Assembly (NCBI GenBank): GCA_041906465.1
Contig: JAYRJE010000015.1
Location: forward strand, 105,340 to 169,339
DNA from: Candidatus Didemnitutus sp.
GTDB lineage: Bacteria; Verrucomicrobiota; Verrucomicrobiia; Opitutales; Opitutaceae
DNA length: 64,000 bases
Reading direction: 5' to 3'
The notes below the pieces were generated by a model. It worked only from the letters and a program-made list of their open reading frames with translations, did not search any database and had not been told where the DNA came from. Made by a program: the position numbers and the translations under genes. Shown here one piece after another: positions 21,301 through 31,400 of this stretch; the stretch's first letter is position 1, and every line of letters starts with the position of its first letter.

Positions 21301-22045
21301 CGCGACGTTCACGAAGGCCGACCTCACCGCGGCCGACGTGGGCACCTACGATGTCGTCGTGACCAACGCCTACGGCACCGCGACCTCGCGCAGCGCCGTC
21401 ATCGCGCTCAATCAGCAGGCGCAGACGATCACGTTCGCCGCGTTGCCCGATGTGCCGTTCAGCGCCACGCCGCTCACTCTCAGCGCGACTGCGACCTCCG
21501 GCCTCACGGTCACATTCAGTGTCGTTTCCGGTTCCGCCAGCCTCACGGGCAACCAGCTGACGCTGCTCGGCACCGGCGCGATCACGGTTCGCGCCTCGCA
21601 ATCCGGCAACGGTTCCTACCTCGCCGCGACGCCGGTCGAGCGCACGTTCACCGTCACCGCGAACTTCGCTTCGTGGCTCGTGGACAACTTCGCGCCTTCC
21701 GAGATCGCGAACGCTGCGCTGACCGGTCCGAACGCCGACTTCGACCAGGACGGCGTGCCGAATCTCGTCGAATACGCGCTCGGCCTGAACCCGAAGGCCG
21801 CGAGCACGACCGGCACGCCGGTGTTCGCGCTGGAGAGCGGCAACTGGACGCTGACCTACACGCGTCCCGCGAGCCGCGCCGACGTGAGCTACGCCGTGCA
21901 GTTCTCCACCAACCTCACGACCTGGTCGACGACCGGCGTCACGCACACGCTGGTTTCCACGGTCAACGGCGTGGAGACATGGCGAGCCACTTACCCCGCT
22001 GCTTCGGCCCCGAGCTGCTTCCTGCGACTGATGGTGACGAAATAA
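9347..22045 (+). CDS. Giant secreted/surface protein (about 4232 aa): delta-60-type beta-propeller repeat blocks alternating with Ig-like domains, QTITF domain, shared 127-aa C-terminal domain
   Basis: Signal peptide ending PSARA; dozens of 'V..IAxQxDGKIxxGGxF...RxNxDGxLDTTF' repeats in about 8 blocks; about 8 I-set-like Ig domains (YQWYRxG); single uninterrupted ORF. Confidence 0.88.
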   Translation: MVARFLHAARGVLAFGLVRALLAVVVCAVAALPSARAADLDASFDVDARAFGIGLAVATQPDGKVLVGGSFSRADRAEVTNLARFNSDGTRDTTFNVGSSLDGAVRSIAVQSDGKIVIGGTFTGYGATSRNRIARLNADGSLDTSFNPGTGFDQEVISLAIQSDGKIVAAGAFTTFNGTVRNRVARLTTAGALDTTFLNTGAGANGIVWDVALQADGKPVIVGGFTSYNGTARARVARLTTAGALDTTFNPGTGANADVVAVAIDSAGRAVIGGLFSTYNGTARACLARLTTAGALDTTFASTAVFSSSYDAILDVRLDSAERVVLAGDFYPSYQYNYNTPTQGLARLNADGNALDETFLVRDTVWKISRAGLSFRRIMSIALGADDGVFVAGGMYDPTSGQAGVLRVSNTGARDTTFNARAGIWFPANINAVRPGAGGKYYVAGAFDWIAGARRVDLARFLPNAQIDSTFFAYDSDFTDNQIREVVELPDGKVWVFGPFTKIGSQTRTGAALFNANGSLSYTPPFLTVTGGNANGNVTRALATSSGDVVLAGTFTQVNATARPGIARITAAGVLDTAFAPGAGPVGGAIEDAALDASGRVVIGGSFTSFSGTAEGYIVRLSTAGAVDAAFAANTNVSAAVNSVQVQANGQILLGGSFANSGGYVFNGTTLLNADGTTDTTFNPYPGANSSVFRARRVSDGSVVVTGAFTQMQNQPRPLIARFTTNGPIDSLFATDTIEGGYPVDVLERPDGKLLVRGTFTIVNGQSRNGLARFHSAPVRRGGLESAMNGANLANNVVNAVVPLGDGRFVVAGDFTTFSAQSRSRVAAINVYGEVDSTFNVGSGFNGSVLGGALLSSGKILLWGGFSSYNNAAAPGLVRLNTDGTLDPTFVSPVFNAAVNAVQVLADGRLLVGGAFTFAGATQAGGIVRLHANGAVDTTFNAGTGANGAVFAVARASDGSVFAGGAFTTFADAAAPGVVKLTADGARASGFSIGTGNANNANPVRALAVANDGKLIVAGSFDAWADASVGRIVRLNLDGSRDTTFLNGFGADGAVYALAALSDGRLYVGGAFTTFGGGERRGLVRLSANGVIDPVFDVGAGFSGGEVRALGLASDGRVAAGGTFSSYQGVARSRVAILFGSDETSYSLPGDQIFTANIDPGAPFSLSYGAAISGLRYQWYRDGARIPGATGATYAVASAGLADAGLYTLTFSNGSGEYTTQGWRVTVKLAPVIVGAPITQSVGYGASATFNVGVAGPGPFTYQWYRNGTLIAGATDSSYTVTNVSGADFGATFHVRITNAYGFSDSTPVALTFDTNAVPGALVLPFSSPQAWSGSPTAVVRAAGGQYYVGGSSVFVRLNADGTVDSSFAPALGSFTVTRLALQADGKIIAAGSLPINGTTYQVARFLTSGAVDPTFTPVAVTHSTSSWSTEINALVLQADGKILLGGYFDTVAGTTRRFLARLNTSGALDSTLAPTSDSTGPNSTVLSIVLQGTNVIIGGAFTTYAGATVNYLARFVASNGARDTTFAGGTRADALVRGVAAQADGDLIIHGNFTTYNGTARARLARLNADGSLDTAFNPGSGAAKRSIWDSPSIAAALPSDNGTVIVVGSFDSFSGWPAVNSVRLTSTGAIDTQWATPDSGSTSFGQLFSLSDGSLFVGYTYGGFLRLLSGSYPPQAPAIARAPVAPGGERPAGARVELSALASGPGTLTFQWYRGTTALTNSTTVSGATSPVLTLRSVRASEAGSYQLRVTSSTNGFVETTPVNVAVGAERSGPGSLDLTWAADPMPRISTVLAFASDGSAIASIYDNNLSPSRSFLRKFDANGVLLPTTTFSSGAGFEGYFSELHVQSDGKIIAVGAHLPPGSSTARYLARMNADGSYDTAYTTAPDNSVNDSVLQSDGKLLIVGSFANVSGTARAGVARILTTGGVDTTFTPGAHGLTNLRFVRLATDTANLGKIYLVGYNSTVSSEEIVRLTAAGAVDGTFARVAITNNTVRDIALDSSGRLLLTGNFTTVAGQARRTIARINTNGTLDTTFGPARSAGFSATPSSIAIGTDGWIYLAASDSTSTTFDGFPTGPIVRVDATAGQLDVNFPGSGGIRYESLSEARLWWVGSKLALNGYISGPSRTEFIRVNVDGAPTGAPSLVDSSGDRTVADGSALSLFARFSGAGPFTYVWRKDGNVITGATGPQLVITAVSAADAGAYTVTATNTSGSATATMNVALFSADPLAAVGGFQLTANFNGSITNAVRFADGSVLVSGTFTTVNGTARRSLARFTAAGALDTTFNANVPLATSGEVLISNLIVEPDGRILVHGVLPLNNSTSASLIRLNTNGTLAASILNSTNLTGGIAAVARQADGGIVVMGPFTSILGTARTNFARITSAGALDTTFVPTGLDASDYRQIAVDATGRIWLLGNFTRIGTDSIGARVVRLASTGVLDTTFQAPLFNNTPSRVFFAADGRAFLLGQANFVLGEPSPVVLLDATGAVNRGFRVASTSSAIALAEDSAGRLHGLFGNQILRLTATGEIDRVMNVSSSPGVLLGAGDRLLLAGGSQLSSVGTTSVFGLVYANAADTDTFSLLGPLPANASVAQGGVLALRPGVRGATTGTVTYQWFRDGTPIGGATGPALVLPSATVADRGVYTFTATKGGVTLTAGPTQVDVIANTARPGEVDLGWKASVPLSGVSRIFSDAADNLYLTGNVVAGTASPRALVALDAAGTVRSNFTLSSRVTGFVSGLRFLSGGKLLLYGQSLQLDGLACTLLRLNADGTLDTTFTTSSDPINDLIVLGDGRLLALTSSGLMRYSAAGVRDTTFSSTSYPSGNLFPAPGGKFWIVGSHYDPVSYIVSRWLTRVNADGTIDPTYVGPALRQGENVSAVAATPDGGLYVVLQLNDSNVSGYAFGYRRIVRVRPDGTVDASFAAGTFQFGQTSFSISDLAADAAGRLVVVGMFDRYDGSARNGTVRLLPDGAIDPSFVSLAAPAIASNNALNRVLVLPSGRIVVSTSGATPIGQVADRIGLAALVSTEVAAGTAPVLTTPLTDRTLNPYDALALHAPVFAPASATFQWRKDGTAIPDATGPRYRLIGAPPDAAGEYTVQVTTPGGSVTSAPVLVNVAPSDFSGGLGSRNAFTRVEAPASFAVTQPDGRALVVSLGSTINGSVAHELFRLNADGSFAGGLPTTVTGTNSQLQISAAVVDAEGRIYIGGQFSYVNGVSRNRVARLLADGSLDPTWDPGAGPNSTVSSLALMPDGKLVIGGSFSQVGGVARQFLARLTTTGALDSTFVVGTGLNNLPIALAAQSDGRLLVGGQFTTYNGITATRLIRLDATGGLDATFAPAPNSTVRVIRVAGDGRILVGGDFGQVAGSPRTGLAWLDAQGTLLPTTMNYTSGYRGALILPDNSVIATTANTVARFRADGTADTVFNNANSYRGSFYRTLSSSSASTQLFPVLAAGNEVLIVGDFARISPQSTANTGISRHAAVWLRYSDSLAPVIGTAPIDANLPEGGSVTWTLQATSPSGTLTYAWTKVSDPTTVLATTPSLTRTNVKPGDAGQYRVVVANGEGFAEAFVNLSVRAASVPLPGSVRLGFYAPTLTSSISSVAPAAGGGWWAAINSNLVRLLANGSVDPTFTALTLSSGSITGILDTPSGGLYVWGTFTSLGGQPIPRLIRLTSTGALDETFTAALPSGATISTVAPLADGRVYVGGSFTVDLAGKTTTNFVRLIATGALDTTFDPNGGVDGAPTAIRPLSDGRVYVAGSFSSAGGAARRGVVRFLASGALDGAFNNLNVTSVAQLVVYPDGRLLIAGSFTSVDGVPRTGVARLSANGVVDPGFVLGATPNFGGAFVPIVLRPDGRIVIAGNFNESGSSRSRVLQFEADGALDASFDGTRTFTATIGGVSSTTFRSLTLLPTGHLIVTGSFTYLDDGISRAGVVSLQGTPLAPEITADTIVSATLSAGGTINLSVTATGAPTLSYQWRRNTSAISGATSATFTKADLTAADVGTYDVVVTNAYGTATSRSAVIALNQQAQTITFAALPDVPFSATPLTLSATATSGLTVTFSVVSGSASLTGNQLTLLGTGAITVRASQSGNGSYLAATPVERTFTVTANFASWLVDNFAPSEIANAALTGPNADFDQDGVPNLVEYALGLNPKAASTTGTPVFALESGNWTLTYTRPASRADVSYAVQFSTNLTTWSTTGVTHTLVSTVNGVETWRATYPAASAPSCFLRLMVTK

Positions 22046-22457
22046 GGCCGATTGCACGACTCGAGCGCCCCAGCTCATGCCGGGCGCCACGAGCGGCCGG
22101 ACCATCGGCCTGGCGCTCGCGTCCGTCGGCGCGGCGGGAAGCACCGCACGGCGTGGAGCAAAGGCTTGCTCCGTGTGTGTCGGCGTTGGCATAGTGCGCG
22201 CGCTGTTCCGATTTTATGGGCTTGGCGGAGATTTCGCCAAAGTCGGGAGGCGAAACGCGTGCGCACACTCGTGCGCGCACCTCTCTGTTCGCGGTTCTGA
22301 CGCCCCTGCCTTCTCTTTCCTTCCGGCCCGCATCGCTCACGGTCAGCAGTGAGATCGGGGCCGGCCATGGCCTCCGCTTGCGCGTATCCGCGCGGAGCGG
22401 CGGCGTCCCTTTCCTTGATTTTCCCTGCTGGGCACCGCCCGGCGCCTGTCCCTGCCG

Positions 22458-25400
22458 ATGAAACCGTTCCGGATCGTTGCTCTCCTGATTGCTGTGCTTG
22501 CGCTCGCGTTTGCCTGGCGCGCCGTTTCGCGCCGCTGCGTCGCGACGCCCGGTCCGTCATCCGCGTCCGCCGTCGTCAGCCCGGCGGCTGCACCCGTGGC
22601 CGTTGCGTCCACGATCCCGCCGGCCCCGGCTGCGTCCGCCGCCGCGGCCGGCGTCCCGGCGCTCTTCGGCGCCCGCGGAGCGGTGACGCTCGACGAAGTG
22701 CCGGCGGGACGCTTCCGCGAACAGCTCCGGCAGCTGACACCGACGGCGCGCGCTCAAGCCTTCGCGGCGCTCGAACACCTCCGCATTCCGTATAATGATG
22801 TGGGTTCACTCGTGGCCGATGCCGATGGCCAGCTCTACTACGAGTACGCGCGCGAGCCGGCGGTGGTGGAAGCACCACTCGCCGCCATGCCGGTGGCCAG
22901 CGCCACGTCCGTCGCCATCACCGCTCCCCCGGTGCGGCACAGCCGCCCGGGCGCGTCGCGCGTGCTCTATCTCGACTTTAACGGCCATGATGTCGCCAAC
23001 ACCGCGTGGAATGTCGCGAATCCCACCGCCGGTCGTCCAGCCGTGGAAACTTACGCCTGCCGGCCCTACGATACCGATGGCAATGCGACGACGTTCAACG
23101 AGGCCGAGCAGGCCCAGATCGTGGAGATCTGGCAGCGCGTCGCGGAGGATTACAGTGCCTTTGACGTCGACGTGACGACGGAGGAGCCCGCGGTCTTTAC
23201 GGCCCAGACTTTGCGCGCGCTCATCACCCGCACCGTCGATGCCGCCGGCGTCGCCAACCCCTCCAGCGCGACGGCTTCGGGCGCCGCCTACATCAATATC
23301 TACGGGCAGAGCTACAGCGCCACCTATCAGCCGGCGTTCGTCTATTACGACGTGCTCTCCAGCCCGGCCTCGATCGCCGAGGTCGTGGCCCACGAATTGG
23401 GACACAACCTCGCGCTCTCGCACGACGGCACCTCCACCGCGCAATATTACGGCGGTCACGGCACCGGCGAATTGTCCTGGGGCCCGATCATGGGGGCGCC
23501 GTTTTCGCGCCGTGTGACGCAATGGTCGAAAGGCGACTATTACGAGGCCAACAATCCGCAGGACGACCTTGCGCTCATCGCCGCGCGCCTGACGCTGCGC
23601 ATGGACGTGGCGAGCAACTCGCTCGCGACCGCCACCCCCGCGCCGAATACCGGCAACGACGTGAGTGTCACCGATGTGATCCGCGCGGCGGACGAGAGCC
23701 ACTACCACCGCGTCGTGACCGCGGCGGGCCGCATTGGATTCACGGCTTCGCCGACCAGCTACGGCAATTCGGACCTGCGGCTCGAGCTGCTCGACTCGGG
23801 GGGCAATGCCCTCGCGTTGGACGACCCCGCGGGCGCCCGCATCGGCGGCGTGTTCACGGCGAATCCCGTTCCGGCCGGCATCTACTACCTGAAGGTCACC
23901 GCCTCCGGCACCGGCACGCCGCTGGCCAACCCGCCCAGCGGTTACACCAGCTATGGCAGCATCGGCCAATACACGCTCACCGGCTCGGTGGTGGCCGGTC
24001 CGCCGGTGATCGTGAGCGGCAGCACCACGAGTGTCGGCGTGGGACACGAGTTCCTTTACCAGATCGTGGCGGCGGGCGACGCGAATGCGTTCGGCGCCGC
24101 GGGTCTGCCGCCCGGCGTCAGCGTCGACCCGGCCACGGGCCTGCTCTCCGGCCGTCCGACCGCGACCGGCGTTTACTCGATCACGCTGAGCGCCACCAAC
24201 ACCGTCGGCACCGGCACGGCGCCGCTCACGCTCACCGTCTCCGCCGCCGCGCCGGCCGTGATCGCGACGAGCTCGAGCTACACCGTGCTAGCGCCGGGGG
24301 GATCGACGACGCTGAGCGCCACCGGCTTCAGCGTGAATGGCGCGATCTCCTATCAATGGTTCCGCAACGGTCGGGCGATTGCCGGTGCGACGAACTCAAG
24401 CTGCGTCGCGGCCGCGGGCCCGAACGGCGGCTACGACGCCTATTGGCTCGAGGCCACCAACACGATCGGCACGACCCGGGGCGCGCCGTTTTTTGTCCGT
24501 GCCGCCCCGGCGCACACCCGCGTGCAGGCGTGGAATGCCACCAGCAGCGGCACGCCGCCCACGATTCCGGCCGGCCTGGGCCGTGTCGTCGATGTGGCGG
24601 CGGGAGGCTCGCTCGCGCTCGCCGCCCGCGCCGATGGCCGCGTGGCCGCCTGGGGCGCGCTGTCGGAAGTCGCGTCGCTCGGCGCCAACGTCGTCGCCGT
24701 CGTGGCGGGCAACAGCTACGCGGCGGCGTTGCGTGCGGATGGCACGGTGGCCGTCGTCGGGACCGGCTCCACCGATTCTCTGGTGCTGACGGTGCCGGCC
24801 GGCCTGCGCGACGTCGTGGCGATCGCCGCGGGATCGTTCCATCTGCTCGCGCTGAAGACGGACGGGACCGTCGTCACCTGGGGCATCGACAACTACGGCC
24901 TGCTCACTGTGCCGGCGAACCTCGCGAACGTCGTCGCGGTGGCGGCCGGCGGCTATCGCTCGGTGGCCCTCCAGGCGGACGGCACCGTCGTTTCGTGGGG
25001 ATACAACGCCACGACCATGCCGCCGGCGCTGGCCGGTGTGATCGCCCTGGCCACTTCCGACAGCCGCTCGGTCGTGTTGAAGAGCGGTGGCACGACGGTG
25101 GCGTGGGGCAATTCGGCGAGCGCCGCACCTCGCCTGCTGCCGGAGGGCAGCCGCCTCATCGCGGGGGTGGATCGCTTCTATGCTGTGCTGCCGGACGGCA
25201 CGCTGTTTGCCTGGGCGGCGGGCCTGTCCGCGGGCCCGATGCCGGCAAATCTGGCCGGTGTCGTGACGGTCAGCGGCGGCAGTTCAACCGTGCTGGCGAT
25301 CGTCGATGGGGCCGGGGACGCGGCGCCGAGCGTGACCGCGTCGCCAGTTTCGGTGCTGCGTGCCGTCGGTGATAGCTGCACGTTCACCGTGACGGCCAAT

Positions 25401-28400
25401 GGGCCGGGAGAACTCGCCTATCAATGGCGCAAGGGCGGGGTTCCGCTCCCCGCGGCCACGGCGGCGTCCCTCGTCTTGCCCGCGGTGCAACTCGCCGACG
25501 CGGGCGTCTATGACGTCGTCGTGTCGAACCACGTGGGCGCCACGGCCAGCGCCGCCGCCACGCTCTCCGTGGAACCGCCCCCGAGCGTCACCTCCGCTCC
25601 GGCGGCGCTGCTCTCGGTCGAGGCCGGTGCTCCGCTGACGCTCAGCGTCGCGGCCACTTCCGCCCATGGCCCGCTGTCCTACCAATGGAAGAAGGGCACG
25701 ACGGCGATTCCGGGGGCGACGAGTTCAACCTACACCATTCCTGCCTTCAGCGCCGCCGATGCCGGCGTCTATGTGCTCGAGATCACCGATGCGCACGGCC
25801 TGCGCACACGCCACTTGTCCTTTGTGCGTCCGACGGTGGCGCGCACCCAGGTCGTTGTCTGGGGCCAGCCGGGCAACGGCCCGGCCGCGACGCTGCCACT
25901 TTTGTCCGATGCGGTGCAGTTCCACGGCAACTATGGCACCGGCATCGTGGTCCGGGCGGACGGCAGCGCGAAGGTCTGGGGTTACATGGCCGGCAAGATC
26001 GATCCGCTCCTCGCCGAGCGGCGGGACATCGTCGATGCGGCGACCGGCAGCGGACCGCTCTACACGCTCCACGCCGATGGGCGTGTGCGGACATGGGGCA
26101 GCAACGGCTTCGTCGGAACTGAGCCCGCGCGAGACGTCGTGGCGCTGTCGGGTGACAATGGCACGGTCGCGGCACTGCTGGCCGACGGCACGGTGCGCAT
26201 CGTGAGCTCCAGCTCGAGCGTGTCCGTGCCGGCGGGGCTGACCGACGTCGTCGCGATTGCCGCGGGTTCCAGCCACGTGCTCGCATTGCGGCGAGAGGGC
26301 ACGGTCGTCGCGTTTGGCGGCAATTATTCCGGGCAATGCGATGTGCCGGCAGGACTCACGGGCGTCACGGCCATTGCCGCGGCCACCGATCACTCCGTGG
26401 CGCTGAAGGCCGACGGCCAGGTCGTCGCGTGGGGCCGCAACTCCAGCTACACGCCGGCGACCGTGCCCGCGGATCTCGGCCCCGTCACGGCCATCGCGGC
26501 GGGGACGTCCTACACGCTGGCGCGGGGGGCGGACGGATCATTGCGCCTGTGGGGCAACCCCGGGGCGGCGTTCACGACGGTGCCACAGCCGAGCGACGGC
26601 ATCCGGACGATCGGAGACGCCTACGGAAATCCCTTTTTCATCCGCGCCGCTTCGACCGACAGCGCACCGGCCATCGCCGCGCCGCCGGTCGCGATCGTCA
26701 CGGGCTCCGGTGTGCCGCAACGCTTCACGGTGCGCGCGTCCGGTGCGGGGCCCTTCCGTTACCAATGGCGGAAAAACGGGGTGGCGATCGCTGGAGCGAC
26801 GCAGAGCTTCCTCGACCTCATCGACCCGCAACCGGCGGACGCCGCCAGCTACGACGTCGTCGTGAGCAACCATATCGGCTCCGTCACCAGCGCCGCCGCT
26901 GCGTTGACGCTCGTCACGCCGCCGACGATCACCACGCCGCCGCCGCGCCGCTTCCTCGCGGTCGCGGGCCAGGCCGTCCGGCTCACGGTGACGGCGAGTT
27001 CCGCCTACGGCGGCCCGCTGTCGTATCAGTGGAAGAAAAACAACCGGCCGATCGCCGGCGCGACCGCGACGGTGTTCGAACTGCCGGCGTTTGCGCGGAC
27101 CGATGCCGGCGCCTACACGGTGGAAGTGACCGACACGCGCGGCGCGGTCTCGCGCGCCACCACTTTCGTGGTGCCGGATTTCGACCGCACGCAGTTGAGA
27201 CCCTGGAACGTGGGCACCGTGGCAGTGCCGGAGCTGGCCGAAGTCCAATCCCTGTGGCCCAACCTGCTCGCGCTCGGCCGGGCGGGCGAACTGATCGCTT
27301 GGGACTACTACAGCACGCAACCAAGCGCGAGCTTGCCCCGGGATCGGTCGCCCTACGTGGCCGTGGCGGCGAGCTACAGCGAGGACGGGTTCGCGCTTGC
27401 CGCCGACGGCACGGTGTCCGGCTGGGGCAACAGCGCGGCCTCGGTCGCGCGCAATGTGCCGGCGAATCTGCGGGGCGTGATCGCGCTCAGCCGCACCGCC
27501 AACGACGGACTCGCCCTCTGTTCCGACGGACGGGTTTATCGCTGGGGCTATCAGCGCGGGCTCAGCGCATTCGCGGCCGACACGGGGCCGGTGTCCGCTC
27601 TCGTGGCCGGCGACGGTTTCCTGCTGCTGCTGCGCGCCGACGGCACCGTGCTCACCTTGCCGATCGACGACTCGGTCAACGTGCCGGCGGTGCCGGCGAA
27701 TGTGTCCGGCGTCGTGGCCATCGCTGCGGGCAACGCGCACTGTCTCGCGCTCAAGTCCGACGGGACCGTCGTGGCGTGGGGCTCGAATTCCTCCCGGCAG
27801 TGCGACGTGCCGGCCGGCTTGTCCGGTGTCGTCGCGATCGGCGGCAATTACGACCGGTCCTATGCGCTCACCGCGGACGGCACGCTGCGCATGTGGGGTG
27901 GCGGCTCTGCCTCCGTGGCAGTTGCGCCCGCGGAATACGGGCGGATTGTCGACTTCGTCGGCTACTCCAGCGGCGCGTGGATCCTGCGCGACGCCAACGC
28001 GGACGCCGCTCCCCTCATTTCCGTCCAGCCCGTCGGCGGTCTGCGCGCGGCGGGCAGTTGGCATACCTTCCGCGTCACGGCGACCGGCTCCGGCACGCTC
28101 AGCTATCAATGGCGCCGCGACGGCGTCGCGATCGCAGGCGCGACGCAATCCGCGTTCACGCTCAACGCCGTCCAGCTCACGGATGCGGGACGCTACGATG
28201 TGGTCGTGACGAACTATGCCGGCCGCGCGATCAGCGCGCCCGCCACGCTCGACGTGGCCAGCCCGCCCGTGCTGAACGCGGTCGCCGGCTCCCGTCGCGT
28301 CGTGGACCCCGGCACCGCCGTCACGCTGACGTTCACGGTCGAGAGCGTCGCCGGGCCGGTGACGCTGCAATGGAAGAAAAACAATCGTCCGCTCCCGGGG

Positions 28401-31400
28401 GCCACGACCGCGACGTTGTCGCTGTCGAGCTTCGCGGCGGATGATGCCGGCGCCTACACGCTCGAGGCGACCGACCGTCGCGGGATCGTCAGTCGCTCGA
28501 CGATTTTTGCTCTGCCCGCCGCCGCCACCGTGGTGCGGACGTGGGGCGCCAACACCGCGGGCCAGACGACGCTCCCGGCGGTCGATCTCACGCGGGCGCT
28601 GGCGGTGGCCGCGAACGGCGATGCGAGCTACGCCCTGTGCGCCGACGGCACCGTGGCGGCGTGGGGCCAGATGAGTGCCTACGACAATCCGCGGGTGCGG
28701 GTGCCGTCCGGCCTGGCCAACGTCGTGGCCATCGCCGCCGGCGCCAACTCTGCGCTGGCGCTGCGGGCCGACGGCTCGGTCACCGCTTGGTCCGCCACGG
28801 CGACCCTCAGCGTGCCGCCGGCGGTGCGTGGCATCATCGCGGTCGCCGCGCACGCCGCGCTCAACGCGGCGCTCGGCGCGGATGGATCCATCGTGTATTG
28901 GACCAACAACAGTGCGGAGGCGACGGTGTTGCCGCCGGCCGCCAGCCCTTATGTGGCCATTGCCGTCGGTGAGGCGCACGTGCTGGCGCTGCGGGCGGAC
29001 GGCACCGTGGCAGCCTGGGCGACGGGTTCCAGCGCGAGCGCGGCCGCGACCGTGCCGGCCGCGCTGACCAATGGGGTGGCGCTCGCGGCGGGTGGCCGCC
29101 AATCGCTCGCGTTGCGTGCCGACGGGTCGGTCGTCACGTGGGGAGACAACGCCGGCGCGCAAGCGCTCGGCGCGGGTGACGGTCTGGCGATCGCCGCGGG
29201 CTCCAGCATCGCCGGAGCGGTGCTGGCCGATCGCAGCGTCGCGGTCTGGCCGGCGTCCTCCGCCGTGGCGAAGGCGGTGCCGGCCGACTTGGTGAACGTG
29301 CAGCAAATCGCGCTGGGCAGCGCGCACGGCGTCGCGCTGGTGACCGCCGCCGGGGCGGCGCCCGCCATCACGCGCGGTCCCCTCTCGGTGACGCGCGCCG
29401 CCGGCGACGTGGTGGTCTTCGATGTCGTCGCGACCGGTGCCGGACTGCGTTATCAATGGCGCAAGGAGGGGACGCCGATCGCCGGCGCCACGGCGTCGTC
29501 GCTCGTGCTCAGCCCGCTCACGGAAGCCGATGCGGCGACTTACGACGTGATCGTCGTGAACGCCACCGGCGCGGCGGTCAGCCCAACTGCGACGCTCACG
29601 ATCGCGGCCGGCCCGCAGGTGACGAGCGCGCCGCCGGCGCGCGTGGCGGTGGTGCCGGGCACGCGGGTCACGCTGGAGGCCGCGGCCACTTCCGCGCACG
29701 GGCCGATCACTTATCGCTGGAAAAAGGACAACCGTCCGCTGCCGGATGCGACCGCCCCCGCACTCGCGCTCGGCGAGTTCACGCCGGCGCAGGCCGGCGC
29801 CTACACGCTCGAGATCACCGATGCGCGCGGTGTCACCACGCGGGTGACGTCGTTTGTGCTGCCGGTGCGAACGCGGACGCAGCTGCGCCTCTTCGGGGAT
29901 GCGGGCTACGTGTCGCTCAACAACCCGCTGCCGGCGGGGCTGGGGGACAACGTCGTGAGTGCGGCCTTGAACGACAGCCGCATCGTCGTGTTGCGCACCG
30001 ACGGCACCGTGGCGCAATGGGAGCCGGCCAATTCGGCGCAAGTGGTCACCGTGCCTGGACTGACGAACGTCGTCGCGGTGGCCGTGAACGGCGGGTCGAA
30101 CTTTGCGCTGCGCGCCGACGGCACGGTCTGGGGCTGGGGCTACAGTTTTGCGTCGCCCACCCCCGTCGCCGGCTTGAGCGACATCATCGGCCTCGTGCCG
30201 ACGGGCGGGCCGATGCTCGCGCTGCGCGCCAACGGCACGCTCGTGGAGTGGGGCAGCAACGGAAATTTCAAGGCCTACGCCCCGACGACAGTGACGGGTG
30301 CGTTTGCCGCGACCGGCGCACGCCTCGGAGACGTGGTCGCCTGCTCCGCCAGCGGCGACTCTGCCTACACGGCGCTCGCGGTGCGCCTCGATGGGAGCGT
30401 TGTCGGTTGGACCGCGAATGCGGGCTCATCGTCCGTGGTTCCCGGTGCGGCGGCCGTGCGGGACGCGGTGCGCGTGGCGAATGCAGGCTACACGGGGCTG
30501 GCGGTGCGCGCCGACGGCTTGATCCAAAGCTGGGGCGAGCAGGCGGCGAATCTCAATCAGGCGTTCGCGGGTGGCGTGACGACCGAGGCGAAGATCAGCA
30601 CCAATCTCGCGCTCGCGCTCCGCGCGGATGGCTCCGTCGCGGCATGGCAGGGCGGCTCGAACGTGACGGCCGGCGTGCCCGCCGGCCCGTTCGGCGCGTT
30701 CGGCATCGCGGTCGGATTCAACCGCGCCCTCGTTCTCCGCGAGACGACCGGCGACACCGTCCCGACGGTCCTCGTGCCGCCGGCCGGCCAGATGCTCGCG
30801 CTGGGGAGCAATGCCACGTTCACCGTCACCGCCGGCGGCCCGGCGCCGTATGCCTACCAATGGCGCAAAGACGGCGTGCCGATCTCCGGCGCCACGCAGG
30901 CGACGCTCGTCGTGCCGGCCGTCACGCTCGTCGACGTCGGTGGTTACGACGTCGTGATTTCCAATCACGTGGGCTCCGTCACCAGTGCGGTTGCGCGGCT
31001 GCGCGTCGGGTCGGCCGAGATTTTTGCGACGCAACCGGCCGCGCGCCAGATCGTGGCGGCCGGCACGCCGGTGACGCTCGCGTTCACGTTGCGCGATCCG
31101 CAGCCCGGCGATGCGGCGCGCTGGCAGTTCAACAATCGCCCGATTCCCGGCGCCACCGGTCTGACCTACGCGATTCCGGCCGTGACGGCGGAGACCGCGG
31201 GCGCCTACACGCTGATCGTCACGCGGACGGACAACACGGTCGTGCGTCGCACGACGTTTGTGCAGCGCCGTCCCGGCGCCACACGCCTGGCGGCGTGGGG
31301 CAAGGACGATTACGCCCAGGCGCGGCCGCCGGTCACGATCGGTGATGCGCTCGCGATCGCCGCGGGCGAGATGCATGGCCTCGCGTTGCGCGAGGATGGC

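Noticed and set aside
21662-22045. Shared CTD as a known T9SS CTD, autotransporter barrel, PEP-CTERM or dockerin
   Set aside because: No T9SS-type terminal motif, far too short for a barrel, no TM helix with basic tail, and only one DxDxDG loop rather than the duplicated dockerin pair. An HMM search is still needed.
22187-22203. Sigma54-like GG-N10-GC string (TGGCATAGTGCGCGC) upstream of the 6787-aa gene
   Set aside because: The -12 element is GCGC rather than TTGC, and such strings are common at this GC content.
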